This document shows positions 52,636 through 63,407 of a stretch of DNA of 64,000 bases, piece after piece; the stretch's first letter is position 1, and every line of letters begins with the position of its first letter. The DNA comes from Stellaceae bacterium (GTDB taxonomy: Bacteria > Pseudomonadota > Alphaproteobacteria > ATCC43930 > CGMCC-115725): assembly GCA_035277525.1 (NCBI GenBank), contig DATEKH010000147.1, forward strand, positions 12,795 through 76,794, given 5' to 3'. Position numbers and translations under genes: made by a program. A model generated the notes under the pieces. It was not told the DNA's origin and did not search any database. It was given only the letters and a program-made list of their open reading frames with translations.

Positions 52636-53438
52636 GCGCGGCGCCGCTTCTCGGCGTCGAGCAGCTCACCATGCGCTTCGGCGGGCTGCTCGCGGTCGAC
52701 GCGCTCTCTTTCGAAGTCGCCCCGCGCGACATCACCGCGATCATCGGGCCGAACGGCGCGGGCAAGACGACCGTCTTCAATTGCCTCACCGGCTTTTATC
52801 GCCCGAGCGCGGGAAGCCTCGCCTTGAACCGCGCCGGCAAGATCATGCGGCTCGAGCGCATGGAAGGTTGGCGCATCGCGCGCGACGCGGGCGTGGCGCG
52901 CACCTTCCAGAACATCCGCCTCTTCGCCGGCATGAGCGTGCTCGAGAACCTCATCATCGCCCAGCACAACGCCTTGAGCCGGGCGAGCTTTTATACGCTC
53001 GGCGGGCTCTTCGGCTCGCGCGCTTATCGCACGGCGGAGGCGGAGGCGCTGGAAAAGGCGCGCTATTGGCTCGAGCGCGTCGGGCTTTCCGCGAACGCCG
53101 ATCTCGCCGCCTCGACCTTGCCCTATGGCGCGCAGCGCCGGCTCGAGATCGCGCGCGCCATGTGCACCGATCCGGCGCTGTTGTGCCTCGACGAGCCGGC
53201 GGCCGGGCTCAATCCGCATGAATCCGCCGAGCTTAATCATCTTTTGCTCTCGATCCGCGATCGTCGTGGCGTCGGCATCCTGCTGATCGAGCATGACATG
53301 AACGTGGTGATGGGGATTTCCGACCACATCGTCGTGCTCGATTACGGCCGCAAGATCGCCGATGGCGCGCCAGCGGATGTGCGGCGCGATCCCGCGGTGA
53401 TCAAGGCCTATCTCGGCGAGGAACACGAGGAGAAGTGA
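52632..53438 (+). CDS. livG: Branched-chain amino acid ABC transporter ATP-binding protein LivG
   Basis: The GTG start overlaps the livM stop. Walker A GPNGAGKTT, LPYG.QRRLEIARA and LLCLDEPAAGLN. Confidence 0.92.
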
Positions 53439-53445
53439 GCGCGCG

Positions 53446-54156
<711 letters not shown>

Positions 54157-54196
54157 TATAAGATGGACGCAAGAGTGTCCCGTCTTGGAGGCCAGG

Positions 54197-54664
54197 ATGG
54201 CCGAGAAGGACAAAGAAGCGGCGCCGCATGAAGGACAGACCGGGCGCGCCGAGCCCGTGATCCCCGGCTATTGGGGCTCCAACCTGCTGATCTATGGCGA
54301 CGTCTCGCGGCTGCTGTTGCGCGTGCACCGCAACGTCGCCGCGCATATGGATGCGCATAAAAGGCTGATGGAACGCTTGCAATCCGTGTTGCAGCACGAG
54401 CAGGCCATGGTGCTCGAGTTTGCGCGCGTCATCGACGAAGCCGCCGCGCAGGCAACCCGCTCATCGAACGAGGAGCGGCCGGCGCTCGGCAAGGACAACA
54501 TGGACCGCATCTTCGAGCATGCGGGCAAGGCCATGCAGGAATCTGGCAAGATGCTGACCGATATTCAGCTTGAAGCCTTGGCGCTTCTGCAGCACTACAT
54601 CGAGGATGCGCGCGCCGAGCCGCCGCAAGCGGAGAGTGACGCGACAAAAGGGAAGGAAGCCTAA
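54197..54664 (+). CDS. Hypothetical helical protein (155 aa) embedded in the liv operon
   Basis: GGAGG RBS. Charged helical sequence (..HRNVAAHMDAHKRLMERLQSVLQHEQAMVLEFARVIDEAAAQ..). No signal peptide or TM segment and no family recognised, though faintly phasin-like. Confidence 0.55.
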   Translation: MAEKDKEAAPHEGQTGRAEPVIPGYWGSNLLIYGDVSRLLLRVHRNVAAHMDAHKRLMERLQSVLQHEQAMVLEFARVIDEAAAQATRSSNEERPALGKDNMDRIFEHAGKAMQESGKMLTDIQLEALALLQHYIEDARAEPPQAESDATKGKEA

Positions 54665-54668
54665 TTCC

Positions 54669-55784
54669 ATGGTTGCCAAATCGGCCTTGTTGGTGATTGC
54701 GGCGGCGACGCTCCTTGGCGCCGGCGTTGCCCGCGCGGATATCAAGATCGCGGTCGCCGGTCCGATCACCGGCTCGGATGCCGCGGTCGGCGAGCAGATG
54801 CGGCGCGGTGCGGCGATGGCCGTCGCCGATATCAATGCGCATGGCGGGCTCTTGGGCCAGAAGCTCTCGCTCCAGGTGGGCGACGATGCCTGCGACCCGA
54901 AACAGGCCGTCGCCATCGCCAACAAATTCGCGGTCAGCGGTGTCGTCTTTGTCGCCGGTCATTATTGCTCGAGCACCTCGATCCCGGCTTCGGCGGTCTA
55001 CGCCGATGCGGGCATCATCGAGATCTCGCCCGCCTCGACCAACCCCGCCTATACCGACGAGCCGGCGAAGAAAGGGTGGATCAACGTCTTCCGCGTCTGC
55101 GGGCGCGACGACGTGCAGGGCAAGGTCGCGGGCAACTACATCGCCGCGCATTTCAAGGGCAAGCCCGTCGCCATCGTCGACGACAAGACTACCTATGGCA
55201 AGGGATTGGCCGACGAGACGCGCAAAGCCTTGCGCGCCGCCGGCGACAAGGAGGTGCTCGACGAGACGATCAATCAGGGCGACAAGGACTTCTCCGCGCT
55301 CGTCAGCAAGATGAAGCAGTCGAATGTCGGCGTCATTTATTTCGGCGGCTATTACACCGAGGCCGGGCTGATCGTCCGCCAGGCGAAAGAGCAGGGCCTC
55401 AAGGCCGTGCTGGCCGGCGGCGACGCGCTGGTCACGACCGAGTTCTGGAAGATCACCGGCGATGCCGGCCTCGGCACGCTCATGACCTTCTCGCCCGATC
55501 CGCGCAACATGCCGGCCGCGCAATCGGTGGTCGCCGAGTTCAAGAAACAGGGCTACGACCCGGAGGGCTACACGCTCTACACCTATGCCGCGGTTCAGGC
55601 CTATGTCGAAGCCGCCGCCCGCGCGAAAACCCTCGACACCGAGGCGGTGTCGAAGGCGTTGCACGGCGCCCGCTTCGACACCGTGCTGGGCAATATCGGC
55701 TTCGATGCCAAGGGCGACATCATCGGTCCCGGCTACGTCATGTTCGTCTGGCGGGATGGAAAATACAGCGAAACCAACGGCTAA
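54669..55784 (+). CDS. livJ: Leu/Ile/Val-binding periplasmic protein (LivJ/LivK family)
   Basis: Signal peptide ..LLGAGVARA/DIKIAVAGP.TG. The Cys pair (DDACDPKQA, GHYCSS) is typical of the family. Confidence 0.88.
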   Translation: MVAKSALLVIAAATLLGAGVARADIKIAVAGPITGSDAAVGEQMRRGAAMAVADINAHGGLLGQKLSLQVGDDACDPKQAVAIANKFAVSGVVFVAGHYCSSTSIPASAVYADAGIIEISPASTNPAYTDEPAKKGWINVFRVCGRDDVQGKVAGNYIAAHFKGKPVAIVDDKTTYGKGLADETRKALRAAGDKEVLDETINQGDKDFSALVSKMKQSNVGVIYFGGYYTEAGLIVRQAKEQGLKAVLAGGDALVTTEFWKITGDAGLGTLMTFSPDPRNMPAAQSVVAEFKKQGYDPEGYTLYTYAAVQAYVEAAARAKTLDTEAVSKALHGARFDTVLGNIGFDAKGDIIGPGYVMFVWRDGKYSETNG

Positions 55785-55878
55785 GCTGCGGCGCTCGACC
55801 CACGAGGAGTGGTAGCGGCCCAGGCCTTCCCCGCGATATCTGGTATTCTTCGGCCGGGGCGCCTATTTTGTCCTGCAT

Positions 55879-56310
55879 ATGACCGAAACCGTCGCCGTTG
55901 CCGCCGATCATGGCGGCTTTGAATTGAAGCGCGCCCTCGTACCCGAGCTGCGCGCGCTCGGCTTCGGGGTGCTCGACCTCGGCACGAACGGGCCAGAGCC
56001 GGTCGATTATCCCGATTTCGCCGATGCGGTGGCGGCGGCGATAGAGTCGGGCAAGGCGCAGCGCGGTCTCCTCGTTTGCGGCACCGGGATCGGCGTCGCG
56101 ATGGCGGCCAATCGCCACCGCTTCCTGCGCTGCGCGCTGGCGCATGATGCGACCACCGCACGGCTCGCGCGTCAGCACAATGACGCCAATGTCCTGGCGC
56201 TGGGCGGGCGCGTCATCGGCACGGAGACCGCCAAGGATTGCGTCCGCATCTTCTTCACCACCGCTTTCGAGGGCGGGCGGCATGCCCGCCGTGTTGCGTT
56301 GTTCTCATAA
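55879..56310 (+). CDS. rpiB: Ribose 5-phosphate isomerase B
   Basis: 143 aa. ADHGGFELK and LVCGTGIGV.MAANR motifs. Confidence 0.9.
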   Translation: MTETVAVAADHGGFELKRALVPELRALGFGVLDLGTNGPEPVDYPDFADAVAAAIESGKAQRGLLVCGTGIGVAMAANRHRFLRCALAHDATTARLARQHNDANVLALGGRVIGTETAKDCVRIFFTTAFEGGRHARRVALFS

Positions 56311-56328
56311 CCCCGAGGTCCTGCATCC

Positions 56329-57630
56329 ATGTCGTCATCAAAGCGCGCTCCCGCCAATGTCGATCGCTTCTTCGCGGGCTCGCTCGCCGAAATCGATCCG
56401 GAGGTCATGGCGGCGATCGATAAGGAGCTTGGGCGGCAGCGCGGCACGATCGAGCTGATCGCGTCGGAGAACATCGTCTCGCGCGCGGTGCTCGAGGCGC
56501 AGGGCTCGGTTCTCACCAACAAATACGCCGAGGGCTATCCCGGGCGGCGCTACTACGGCGGCTGCGAATTCGTCGACATCGCCGAGCAGCTGGCGATCGA
56601 CCGCGCCAAGCGCCTGTTCGAGTGCAATTTCGCCAATGTCCAGCCGCATTCGGGCTCGCAGGCCAACCAGGCGGTCATGCTGGCGTTGTTGAAGCCGGGC
56701 GACACTATCATGGGCATGTCGCTCGCGGCCGGCGGCCACCTGACGCATGGTGCGCCGCCCAACCTCTCGGGCAAATGGTTCCACGCGATTCATTACGGCG
56801 TCCGCCGCGATGACGCGCGCATCGATTACGACGAGGTCGAGCGTCTCGCCAAGGCCGAGCGGCCGAGGCTGATCATCGCTGGGGGCTCGGCCTATCCGCG
56901 CATCATCGATTTCGCGCGCTTCCGCCGCATCGCCGACGAGGTGGGCGCCTTCCTCATGGTCGACATGGCGCATTTCGCGGGGCTCGTCGCGGGCGGCGCG
57001 CATCCGAGCCCGCTGCCGCACGCGCATGTGGTGACCACCACCACGCACAAGACGCTGCGCGGGCCGCGCGGCGGCATGATCCTCGGCAACGACGAAGAGA
57101 TCGGCAAAAAGATCAACAGCGCGATCTTCCCCGGCCTGCAAGGCGGGCCGCTGATGCATGCCATCGCCGCCAAGGCCGTGATGCTGGGCGAGGCGCTGAG
57201 GCCCGAATTCAAGCTCTACGCGCGCGCCGTCGCCGAGAACGCCAAGGCCTTGGCCGCGCGCCTCGTCGATCGCGGTCTCGCCATCGTCTCGGGCGGCACC
57301 GACACGCATTTGATGCTGGTCGATCTCCGACCCAAGCATCTCACCGGCAAGGTGGCGGAGGTCGCGCTCGAACGCGCCGGGATCACCTGCAACAAGAACG
57401 GCATCCCGTTCGATCCGGAAAAGCCCACCGTGACCTCGGGCGTGCGGCTTGGCAGCCCCGCCGGCACGACGCGCGGTTTTGGCCCGGCCGAGTTCCGGCA
57501 GATCGGCGATCTCATCGCCGAGGTGCTCGACGGGCTCAATGCCAATGGCGAGAACAACGCTTCGGTCGAAGTGGCGGTGCGCCGCAAGGTCGAGGCGCTA
57601 TGCGCCGCGTTCCCGGTCTATTCCGGCTGA
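56329..57630 (+). CDS. glyA: Serine hydroxymethyltransferase
   Basis: [23 protein letters not shown] and PLP-Lys [16 protein letters not shown]. Confidence 0.96.
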   Translation: MSSSKRAPANVDRFFAGSLAEIDPEVMAAIDKELGRQRGTIELIASENIVSRAVLEAQGSVLTNKYAEGYPGRRYYGGCEFVDIAEQLAIDRAKRLFECNFANVQPHSGSQANQAVMLALLKPGDTIMGMSLAAGGHLTHGAPPNLSGKWFHAIHYGVRRDDARIDYDEVERLAKAERPRLIIAGGSAYPRIIDFARFRRIADEVGAFLMVDMAHFAGLVAGGAHPSPLPHAHVVTTTTHKTLRGPRGGMILGNDEEIGKKINSAIFPGLQGGPLMHAIAAKAVMLGEALRPEFKLYARAVAENAKALAARLVDRGLAIVSGGTDTHLMLVDLRPKHLTGKVAEVALERAGITCNKNGIPFDPEKPTVTSGVRLGSPAGTTRGFGPAEFRQIGDLIAEVLDGLNANGENNASVEVAVRRKVEALCAAFPVYSG

Positions 57631-57654
57631 GGCGCGGCAAAGGGGAGAGAGACG

Positions 57655-58119
57655 ATGCGGTGCCCGTTTTGCGGAACCGAGGACACGCAAGTCAAGGATT
57701 CGCGGCCGACCGAGGACAACGCCGCGATCCGACGGCGCCGGCTCTGCCCCAATTGCGCGGCGCGCTTCACCACCTTCGAGCGCGTACAGTTGCGCGAGCT
57801 CACGGTCGTCAAGAAAAACGCGCAGCGCGAGCCGTTCGAGCGCGAGAAGCTCGCGCGCTCGATCCAGATCGCGCTGCGCAAGCGGCCGGTCGAGCCCGAG
57901 CGCGTCGAGCGCGTGATCAACTCGATCGTGCGGCAGCTCGAAAGCTCGGGCGAAAGCGACATCCCGAGCGACGTGATCGGCGAGCTCGTGATGGAGGCGC
58001 TCGCGACGCTCGATCAGGTCGCCTATGTCCGCTTCGCCTCGGTCTATCGCAATTTCCGCGAGGCCAAGGATTTCGGCGAGTTCATCGGCCGCATTCGCGC
58101 CGACGCCGACAACGACTGA
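57655..58119 (+). CDS. nrdR: Transcriptional repressor NrdR
   Basis: MRCPFCG...TQVKDSRP.....IRRRR.C..C..RFTTFE zinc ribbon plus ATP-cone. Confidence 0.95.
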   Translation: MRCPFCGTEDTQVKDSRPTEDNAAIRRRRLCPNCAARFTTFERVQLRELTVVKKNAQREPFEREKLARSIQIALRKRPVEPERVERVINSIVRQLESSGESDIPSDVIGELVMEALATLDQVAYVRFASVYRNFREAKDFGEFIGRIRADADND

Positions 58120-58124
58120 CGGCA

Positions 58125-59222
58125 ATGAATGACGGCCAATTCATGCGGGCGGCGCTCAGCTTGGCGCGCCGCGGTCTTGGCACGGTTTGGCCCAATCCGA
58201 CCGTGGGCTGCGTTCTCGTCAAGGACGGGGCGGTCGTCGGGCGCGGCTGGACTCAAGCCGGCGGCCGGCCGCATGGCGAGACCGAGGCGCTGCATCGCGC
58301 CGGCGCGCGCGCCAAAGGCGCCACCGCCTATGTGAGCCTCGAGCCCTGCTGCCATCACGGCAAGACGCCGCCTTGCACCGATGCGCTGATCGAGGCTGGC
58401 ATCGGCCGCGCCGTGGTCGCGCTCGAAGATCCCGATCCGCGCGTCGCCGGCCGCGGCATCGCGCAGCTGCGCGGGGCCGGGATCGCGGTCGAGATCGGAC
58501 TCATGGCCGAAGAGGCGCGTGCGATCAATGCCGGCTTCTTCATGCGCTTGAGCGAGGGCCGCCCTTTGGTCACTTTGAAGCTCGCGACGACGCTCGACGG
58601 CAAGATCGCCACGGCGAACGGCGAGAGCCGCTGGATCACCGGCGAGGCCGCGCGCGACCGCGCCCATTTGCTGCGCGCGACCCACGACGCGGTGATGGTC
58701 GGCGCGGGGACGGTCATCGCCGATGATCCGTTGCTGACCTGCCGGTTGCCCGGCTTTCTCGGGCGCAACCCTGTCCGCATCGTCGTCGATGGCGGCTTGC
58801 GCGTGCCGCTCACGGCGAAGCTCGTCGCCGAAGCGAAGCAGGCGCCGACTTGGATCATCCACGGCCACGGTCTCGACGCGGCGCGGCGGCAGGCCTTTGC
58901 CGATTGCGGCGTCGAGTTGATCGAGGCCGCGTTTACCAGGACATCGGAGCTCGATCTCGCCGGGGCTTTGGCGGCGCTCGGCCAGCGCGGCCTCACCCGG
59001 ATCCTCGTCGAGGGCGGAGCCCGGCTCGCTGGCGCGCTGCTCGAGGCCGATCTCATCGACCGTCTGGCTTGGTTCCAAGCCCCCGCCTTGCTGGGCGCGG
59101 ATGCTTTGCCGGCGGTCGAGGCGTTCGGCGTGACGGCGCTTGCGGCGGCGCGGCGCTTCAAGCGGCTCGCCCTCGAGGTTTGCGGCGAGGACGTGCTCGA
59201 AACCTTGACCAGGGCGGCGTGA
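58125..59222 (+). CDS. ribD: Bifunctional riboflavin biosynthesis protein RibD (deaminase/reductase)
   Basis: Deaminase zinc site HGETEAL and YVSLEPCCHHGKTPPC. C-terminal reductase domain. Confidence 0.92.
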   Translation: MNDGQFMRAALSLARRGLGTVWPNPTVGCVLVKDGAVVGRGWTQAGGRPHGETEALHRAGARAKGATAYVSLEPCCHHGKTPPCTDALIEAGIGRAVVALEDPDPRVAGRGIAQLRGAGIAVEIGLMAEEARAINAGFFMRLSEGRPLVTLKLATTLDGKIATANGESRWITGEAARDRAHLLRATHDAVMVGAGTVIADDPLLTCRLPGFLGRNPVRIVVDGGLRVPLTAKLVAEAKQAPTWIIHGHGLDAARRQAFADCGVELIEAAFTRTSELDLAGALAALGQRGLTRILVEGGARLAGALLEADLIDRLAWFQAPALLGADALPAVEAFGVTALAAARRFKRLALEVCGEDVLETLTRAA

Positions 59223-59223
59223 G

Positions 59224-59817
59224 ATGTTCACCGGGATCGTCACCGATATCGGAACCGTGCGCGAGATTCGCGCGGGCGGAGACACCACGTTCGTCATCGC
59301 CACCAAGTTCGACACGCACGATCTCGCGCTCGGCGCTTCCGTGGCTTGCGCCGGGGTTTGCTTGACCGTGGTCGAGCGCGGCGAGGATTGGTTCGCGGTT
59401 CAGGCTTCGGCGGAAACGCTGGCGCGTTCGACCTTGAAGGACTGGCGGGTCGGAACGCGAATCAATCTCGAGCGCGCCTTGAAGGCAGGAGACGAGCTCG
59501 GCGGCCATCTCGTCTCGGGCCATGTCGATGCGATGGCCGAAATCGTCGAGCGCAGGCCCGAGGGCGATTCCCAGCGCTTCGCCTTCCGCGTGCCCGACCG
59601 TTTCGCCGCGGCGATCGCGCCCAAGGGCTCGGTCGCCCTGGACGGGGTCTCGCTGACGGTGAACGAGGTCCAGGGCAACCGCTTCGGCGTTAACCTTATT
59701 CCCCATACCCTGGCGCAGACGACCTTCGGCGACGCCAAGCCCGGCGACCGGGTCAATCTCGAGATCGACACGCTGGCGCGCTATGTCGCCCGCCTGCTGG
59801 GCAAGACCATCGGTTGA
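59224..59817 (+). CDS. ribE: Riboflavin synthase
   Basis: MFTGIVTDIG.V, and internal repeats each with G.S.A..G.CLTV / G.H.VSGHVD. Confidence 0.92.
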   Translation: MFTGIVTDIGTVREIRAGGDTTFVIATKFDTHDLALGASVACAGVCLTVVERGEDWFAVQASAETLARSTLKDWRVGTRINLERALKAGDELGGHLVSGHVDAMAEIVERRPEGDSQRFAFRVPDRFAAAIAPKGSVALDGVSLTVNEVQGNRFGVNLIPHTLAQTTFGDAKPGDRVNLEIDTLARYVARLLGKTIG

Positions 59818-59924
59818 GCCCGGATTTCAACGCCTTCGCCCGCAACCCTCAATCCCGAATTGAGCGTGACCCGGGGCTTTGCCGCGGGCTATAAACCACC
59901 AGCGCTGCGCATGAAGGTCGAACC

Positions 59925-61037
59925 ATGAGTTTCGTCGAGATCATTTCGCCGATCGAGGAGATCATCGAAGAGGCCCGCAACGGCCGGATGTTCATCCTGG
60001 TCGATGACGAGGATCGCGAGAACGAGGGCGATCTGGTCATCCCCGCCCAGATGGCGACGCCGGCGGCGATCAACTTCATGGCCAAGCACGGGCGCGGCTT
60101 GGTCTGCCTCGCGCTGACCCGCGAGCGGGTCGAGCAGCTGAAGCTTCCCTTGATGGCGCAGCACAACGCGACGCGGCTGCAGACCGCGTTCACGGTTTCG
60201 GTCGAGGCAAAGGACGGCGTCACCACCGGCATCTCGGCGCCCGATCGCGCGCGCACCATCGCGGTCGCGATCGACCCGTCGAAGAGTGCCGACGACCTGG
60301 TGACGCCGGGCCATGTCTTTCCCTTGATGGCGCGCGACGGCGGCGTGCTTGTGCGCACCGGACACACCGAGGCGGCGGTCGATATCGCGCGTCTCGCCGG
60401 GCTCAACCCCTCGGGCGTGATCTGCGAGATCATGAACGATGACGGCACCATGGCGCGCCGGCCCGAGCTCATCGCGTTCGCGCAGTTCCACGGGCTCAAA
60501 GTCGCGACCATCGCCGATCTCATTGCCTATCGGCTGCGCCATGATCGCATCGTCGAGCGCAAGATCGAGACCAACTTCACCAGCCGCTTCGGCGGCGAAT
60601 GGCAGCTCTTCATTTATGCCAGCAAGACGCCCTACGCCGAGCACATCGCACTGGTCAAAGGCGACATCGCCAAGGGCGGGCCGGTGATGACGCGCATGCA
60701 CGCGATCAACATGCTGGACGACGCGTTCGGCAACACCGGCAACCGCGCCGGCGTCCTGCGTGCGGCAATGCTCATGATCGCCAAGGAAGGGCGCGGCGTG
60801 GTGATCGCCATACGCGAGCCGACTGTGACGATCCTCTCGGATCGTGTGCGCAACATGATGCAGGGCGAGAGCTTCGTGCCGGCCTTGCGCGACTACGGCA
60901 TCGGCGCGCAGATTCTGCTCGATCTCGGTGTGCATGAAATGATCTTGCTGTCGAACACCGAGCGAACCATCGTCGCTCTCGAAGGTTATGGCCTTAACGC
61001 GGTGGAGCGGCGCCCGATTGTGGCGCCGGAGGGTTGA
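59925..61037 (+). CDS. ribB: 3,4-dihydroxy-2-butanone-4-phosphate synthase fused to a degenerate GTP cyclohydrolase II-like domain (RibBX type)
   Basis: N-terminal DHBPS motifs ([22 protein letters not shown]). The C-terminal domain aligns to RibA, but the zinc-Cys positions read [17 protein letters not shown] with no Cys. Confidence 0.88.
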   Translation: MSFVEIISPIEEIIEEARNGRMFILVDDEDRENEGDLVIPAQMATPAAINFMAKHGRGLVCLALTRERVEQLKLPLMAQHNATRLQTAFTVSVEAKDGVTTGISAPDRARTIAVAIDPSKSADDLVTPGHVFPLMARDGGVLVRTGHTEAAVDIARLAGLNPSGVICEIMNDDGTMARRPELIAFAQFHGLKVATIADLIAYRLRHDRIVERKIETNFTSRFGGEWQLFIYASKTPYAEHIALVKGDIAKGGPVMTRMHAINMLDDAFGNTGNRAGVLRAAMLMIAKEGRGVVIAIREPTVTILSDRVRNMMQGESFVPALRDYGIGAQILLDLGVHEMILLSNTERTIVALEGYGLNAVERRPIVAPEG

Positions 61038-61038
61038 G

Positions 61039-61482
61039 ATGGCGGTGCCTCGCATCCTCATCGTCGAAGCGCGCTACTACGCGCATATCTCGGACGAGCT
61101 CTTGAAAGGCGCGAAGAAGGCGCTTGAAGAGGCGCAGGCGCGCTATGAGGTCGTGACGGTGCCGGGGGCTTTCGAAATTCCGGCCGCGATCCGCTTTGCC
61201 GCGACGGCGAAGAATCCCTATGACGGCTATGTCGCATTGGGCTGCGTCATTCGCGGCGAGACCACGCATTACGAGCATGTTTGCACGGAAAGCGCGCATG
61301 GGCTGCAAAGCCTCGCGCTCGAGCACCATCTGGCGATCGGCTTCGGCATCCTTACGGTCGAGAACGAGGAGCAAGCTTTGGCGCGCGCCCGGGTCGATAA
61401 GCGCGACAAGGGCGGCGAGGCGGCGCGGGCTTGCCTCGCCATGGTGGAATTGAAACGCCGTTTCGGCTTGGCGACGGGATGA
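61039..61482 (+). CDS. ribH: 6,7-dimethyl-8-ribityllumazine synthase
   Basis: VPGAFE.P and LG.VIRGET.HYE.V motifs. Confidence 0.92.
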   Translation: MAVPRILIVEARYYAHISDELLKGAKKALEEAQARYEVVTVPGAFEIPAAIRFAATAKNPYDGYVALGCVIRGETTHYEHVCTESAHGLQSLALEHHLAIGFGILTVENEEQALARARVDKRDKGGEAARACLAMVELKRRFGLATG

Positions 61483-62000
61483 ACCCCGCGGGCAAAATGA
61501 AACCGCCGATGACCGCCGAGCCGTCGCGGCGGCGCACGGCGGCGCGGCTCGCCGCGGTGCAGGCGCTCTATCAGATCGACGTCACCGGCGCGTCGCCCGC
61601 CAATACCGTGGTGGAATTCCTCAGGCATCGGCTCGGCGCGCAGGGCGAAGGCGAAGATTTCGGCCCGGCCGACGAAGCGCTCTTCGCCGACCTTGTGGAG
61701 GGAACCTGCGCGCGACGCGCGGAATTGGATCGCCACATCGCCGCGGCGTTGACGCCCGATTGGCCGCTCGAGCGGCTCGAGATCACCTTGCGGGCGATTT
61801 TGCGTGCCGGCGCCTATGAATTGCTCGCGCGTCTCGAAGTGCCCGCGCGCGTCGCCATCAGCGAATATCTCGACATTGCGCACGCCTTCTTTGCCGGCAG
61901 GGAGCCGGGCCTCGTCAATGGCGTCCTCGATCGCCTCGCCCGAACCCTCCGGCCCGAGGGGCTGCGGGGAGGAGAGGGTGGCGGCGCCTCGTCTCGGTGA
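61479..62000 (+). CDS. nusB: Transcription antitermination factor NusB
   Basis: [12 protein letters not shown] and RAILR....EL motifs. ATGA overlap with ribH. Confidence 0.9.
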   Translation: MNPAGKMKPPMTAEPSRRRTAARLAAVQALYQIDVTGASPANTVVEFLRHRLGAQGEGEDFGPADEALFADLVEGTCARRAELDRHIAAALTPDWPLERLEITLRAILRAGAYELLARLEVPARVAISEYLDIAHAFFAGREPGLVNGVLDRLARTLRPEGLRGGEGGGASSR

Positions 62001-62958
62001 GTTCGAGCGCATTGCGCGATACTTCGCGCCGCTGGCAGGCCCAGGCAGTCTCGGCCTCGTCGACGACGTGGCGCTGATCGACGGGCCCGAGGGCGAGCAA
62101 TACGCGCTGACGACCGACACGATCATCGAGGGCGTCGATTACTTTCCCGACGACCCGCCCGATCTCGTCGCCAAGAAGCTTGTGCGCGTCAACCTCTCCG
62201 ATCTCGCCGCCAAGGGCGCGCGGCCTTTCGGCTATCTCTTGACGACGGCGCTGCCATCGGCGCGCGGCGAAGCGTGGCTCGAAGCCTTCAGCGCGGGTCT
62301 GGCGGCAGATCAAAAGGAATTCGGCCTCGTGCTTTTGGGCGGCGACAGTTCGGCAACGCCGGGCCCGACCACGCTGTCGCTTATGGCGATCGGTCGTATC
62401 GCCAAGGGCAAGGCGGTGTTGCGCAACGGCGCGCGGCCGGGCGATGTCATTTGCGTCTCCGGCACGATCGGCGATGCGACGCTCGGCCTTGGGATCCTCA
62501 AAGGCGAATTCGCATCGGCGTCGGAAGAAGATCGCGATTTCCTCGTCGACCGCTACCATTTGCCGCGGCCGCGGCTGGCGCTGGGGCAGAGGCTTGTCGG
62601 CATCGCTACCGCGATGATCGATGTGTCCGACGGCCTCATCGCCGATCTTAAGCATATCTGCGATGCCTCGGGCGCCGCGGCAGCGATTGACGCGGACCGC
62701 GTTCCGCGCTCCGAAGCGGCCCGTAACCTATCGAAAACATTGAAGAATAGCCTCGGACGCCTGCTCGGCGGCGGCGATGATTACGAGCTGCTTTTTACCT
62801 CTCCTCCACCCTCTCTCAATACCATCGGCGCGGCGATGCGGGAGGTCGGCGTGACCGTGACTTGCATCGGCGAGATGGAGCCCGGCGAGGGCATCAGGGT
62901 GCTCGATGCGAAGAAAAGGCCGATCCGGATCGACGTCGCCGGCTATTCGCATTTCTAG
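61978..62958 (+). CDS. thiL: Thiamine-monophosphate kinase
   Basis: GTG start. [13 protein letters not shown]........A.TTD...EGV.. and NLSDLAAKGA motifs. Confidence 0.88.
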   Translation: MAAPRLGEFERIARYFAPLAGPGSLGLVDDVALIDGPEGEQYALTTDTIIEGVDYFPDDPPDLVAKKLVRVNLSDLAAKGARPFGYLLTTALPSARGEAWLEAFSAGLAADQKEFGLVLLGGDSSATPGPTTLSLMAIGRIAKGKAVLRNGARPGDVICVSGTIGDATLGLGILKGEFASASEEDRDFLVDRYHLPRPRLALGQRLVGIATAMIDVSDGLIADLKHICDASGAAAAIDADRVPRSEAARNLSKTLKNSLGRLLGGGDDYELLFTSPPPSLNTIGAAMREVGVTVTCIGEMEPGEGIRVLDAKKRPIRIDVAGYSHF

Positions 62959-63373
62959 ATTCTGGCTGGCTGCGCTCCTCGGCGCCGCGCTCGGGGCGGT
63001 GCCGGCGCGTGCGGCGGAAGTGGCTGCGAAACCGCCAGCCGCTTCCGTTCCGGGCGCGCCCCACTATGTGCGCTTCAATCCGATCTTCATTCCGGTGATC
63101 AACGGCGACCGCGTGACGCAGCAGGTCGGCATCACCCTCATGCTCCAATTGAAGCCGGGCGAAGACCAGGCCGATGTCGAAGCCAAGCGGCAGCAGCTCG
63201 CCGATGCGTTCTTCCGCGAGCTCTATGCCTTCTTCCAGGATCGCGTGGCGCTGCACGGCGCGGTCGACGAGGCCTATCTCAAGGCGCGGCTGTTGAAGAC
63301 CGCGAGCGCGATCGTCGGGCCCAACGCAATTCAGGAAGTCCTGATCGAACAACTCTTCGCGCGCCGCAGTTGA
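62906..63373 (+). CDS. Secreted or membrane-anchored hypothetical protein, weakly FliL-like
   Basis: Basic n-region plus hydrophobic FWLAALLGAALGAVPARA. The core F.P.FIPVI.GDRV.Q.V.ITL.L......D resembles the FliL layout. Overlaps the thiL 3' end by 53 nt if the ATG at 62906 is used. Confidence 0.4.
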   Translation: MRRKGRSGSTSPAIRISRFWLAALLGAALGAVPARAAEVAAKPPAASVPGAPHYVRFNPIFIPVINGDRVTQQVGITLMLQLKPGEDQADVEAKRQQLADAFFRELYAFFQDRVALHGAVDEAYLKARLLKTASAIVGPNAIQEVLIEQLFARRS

Positions 63374-63407
63374 CACGGCCGGCGCGGCCGCGCCGCAGGA
63401 TGCTCGC

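Noticed and set aside
59818-59924. A possible FMN riboswitch upstream of ribB(X) or elsewhere in the rib cluster.
   Set aside because: The 107-nt gap is too short and lacks the conserved FMN-aptamer core segments that I can recognise by eye. This was not tested with a covariance model, and cmsearch with RF00050 would be decisive.
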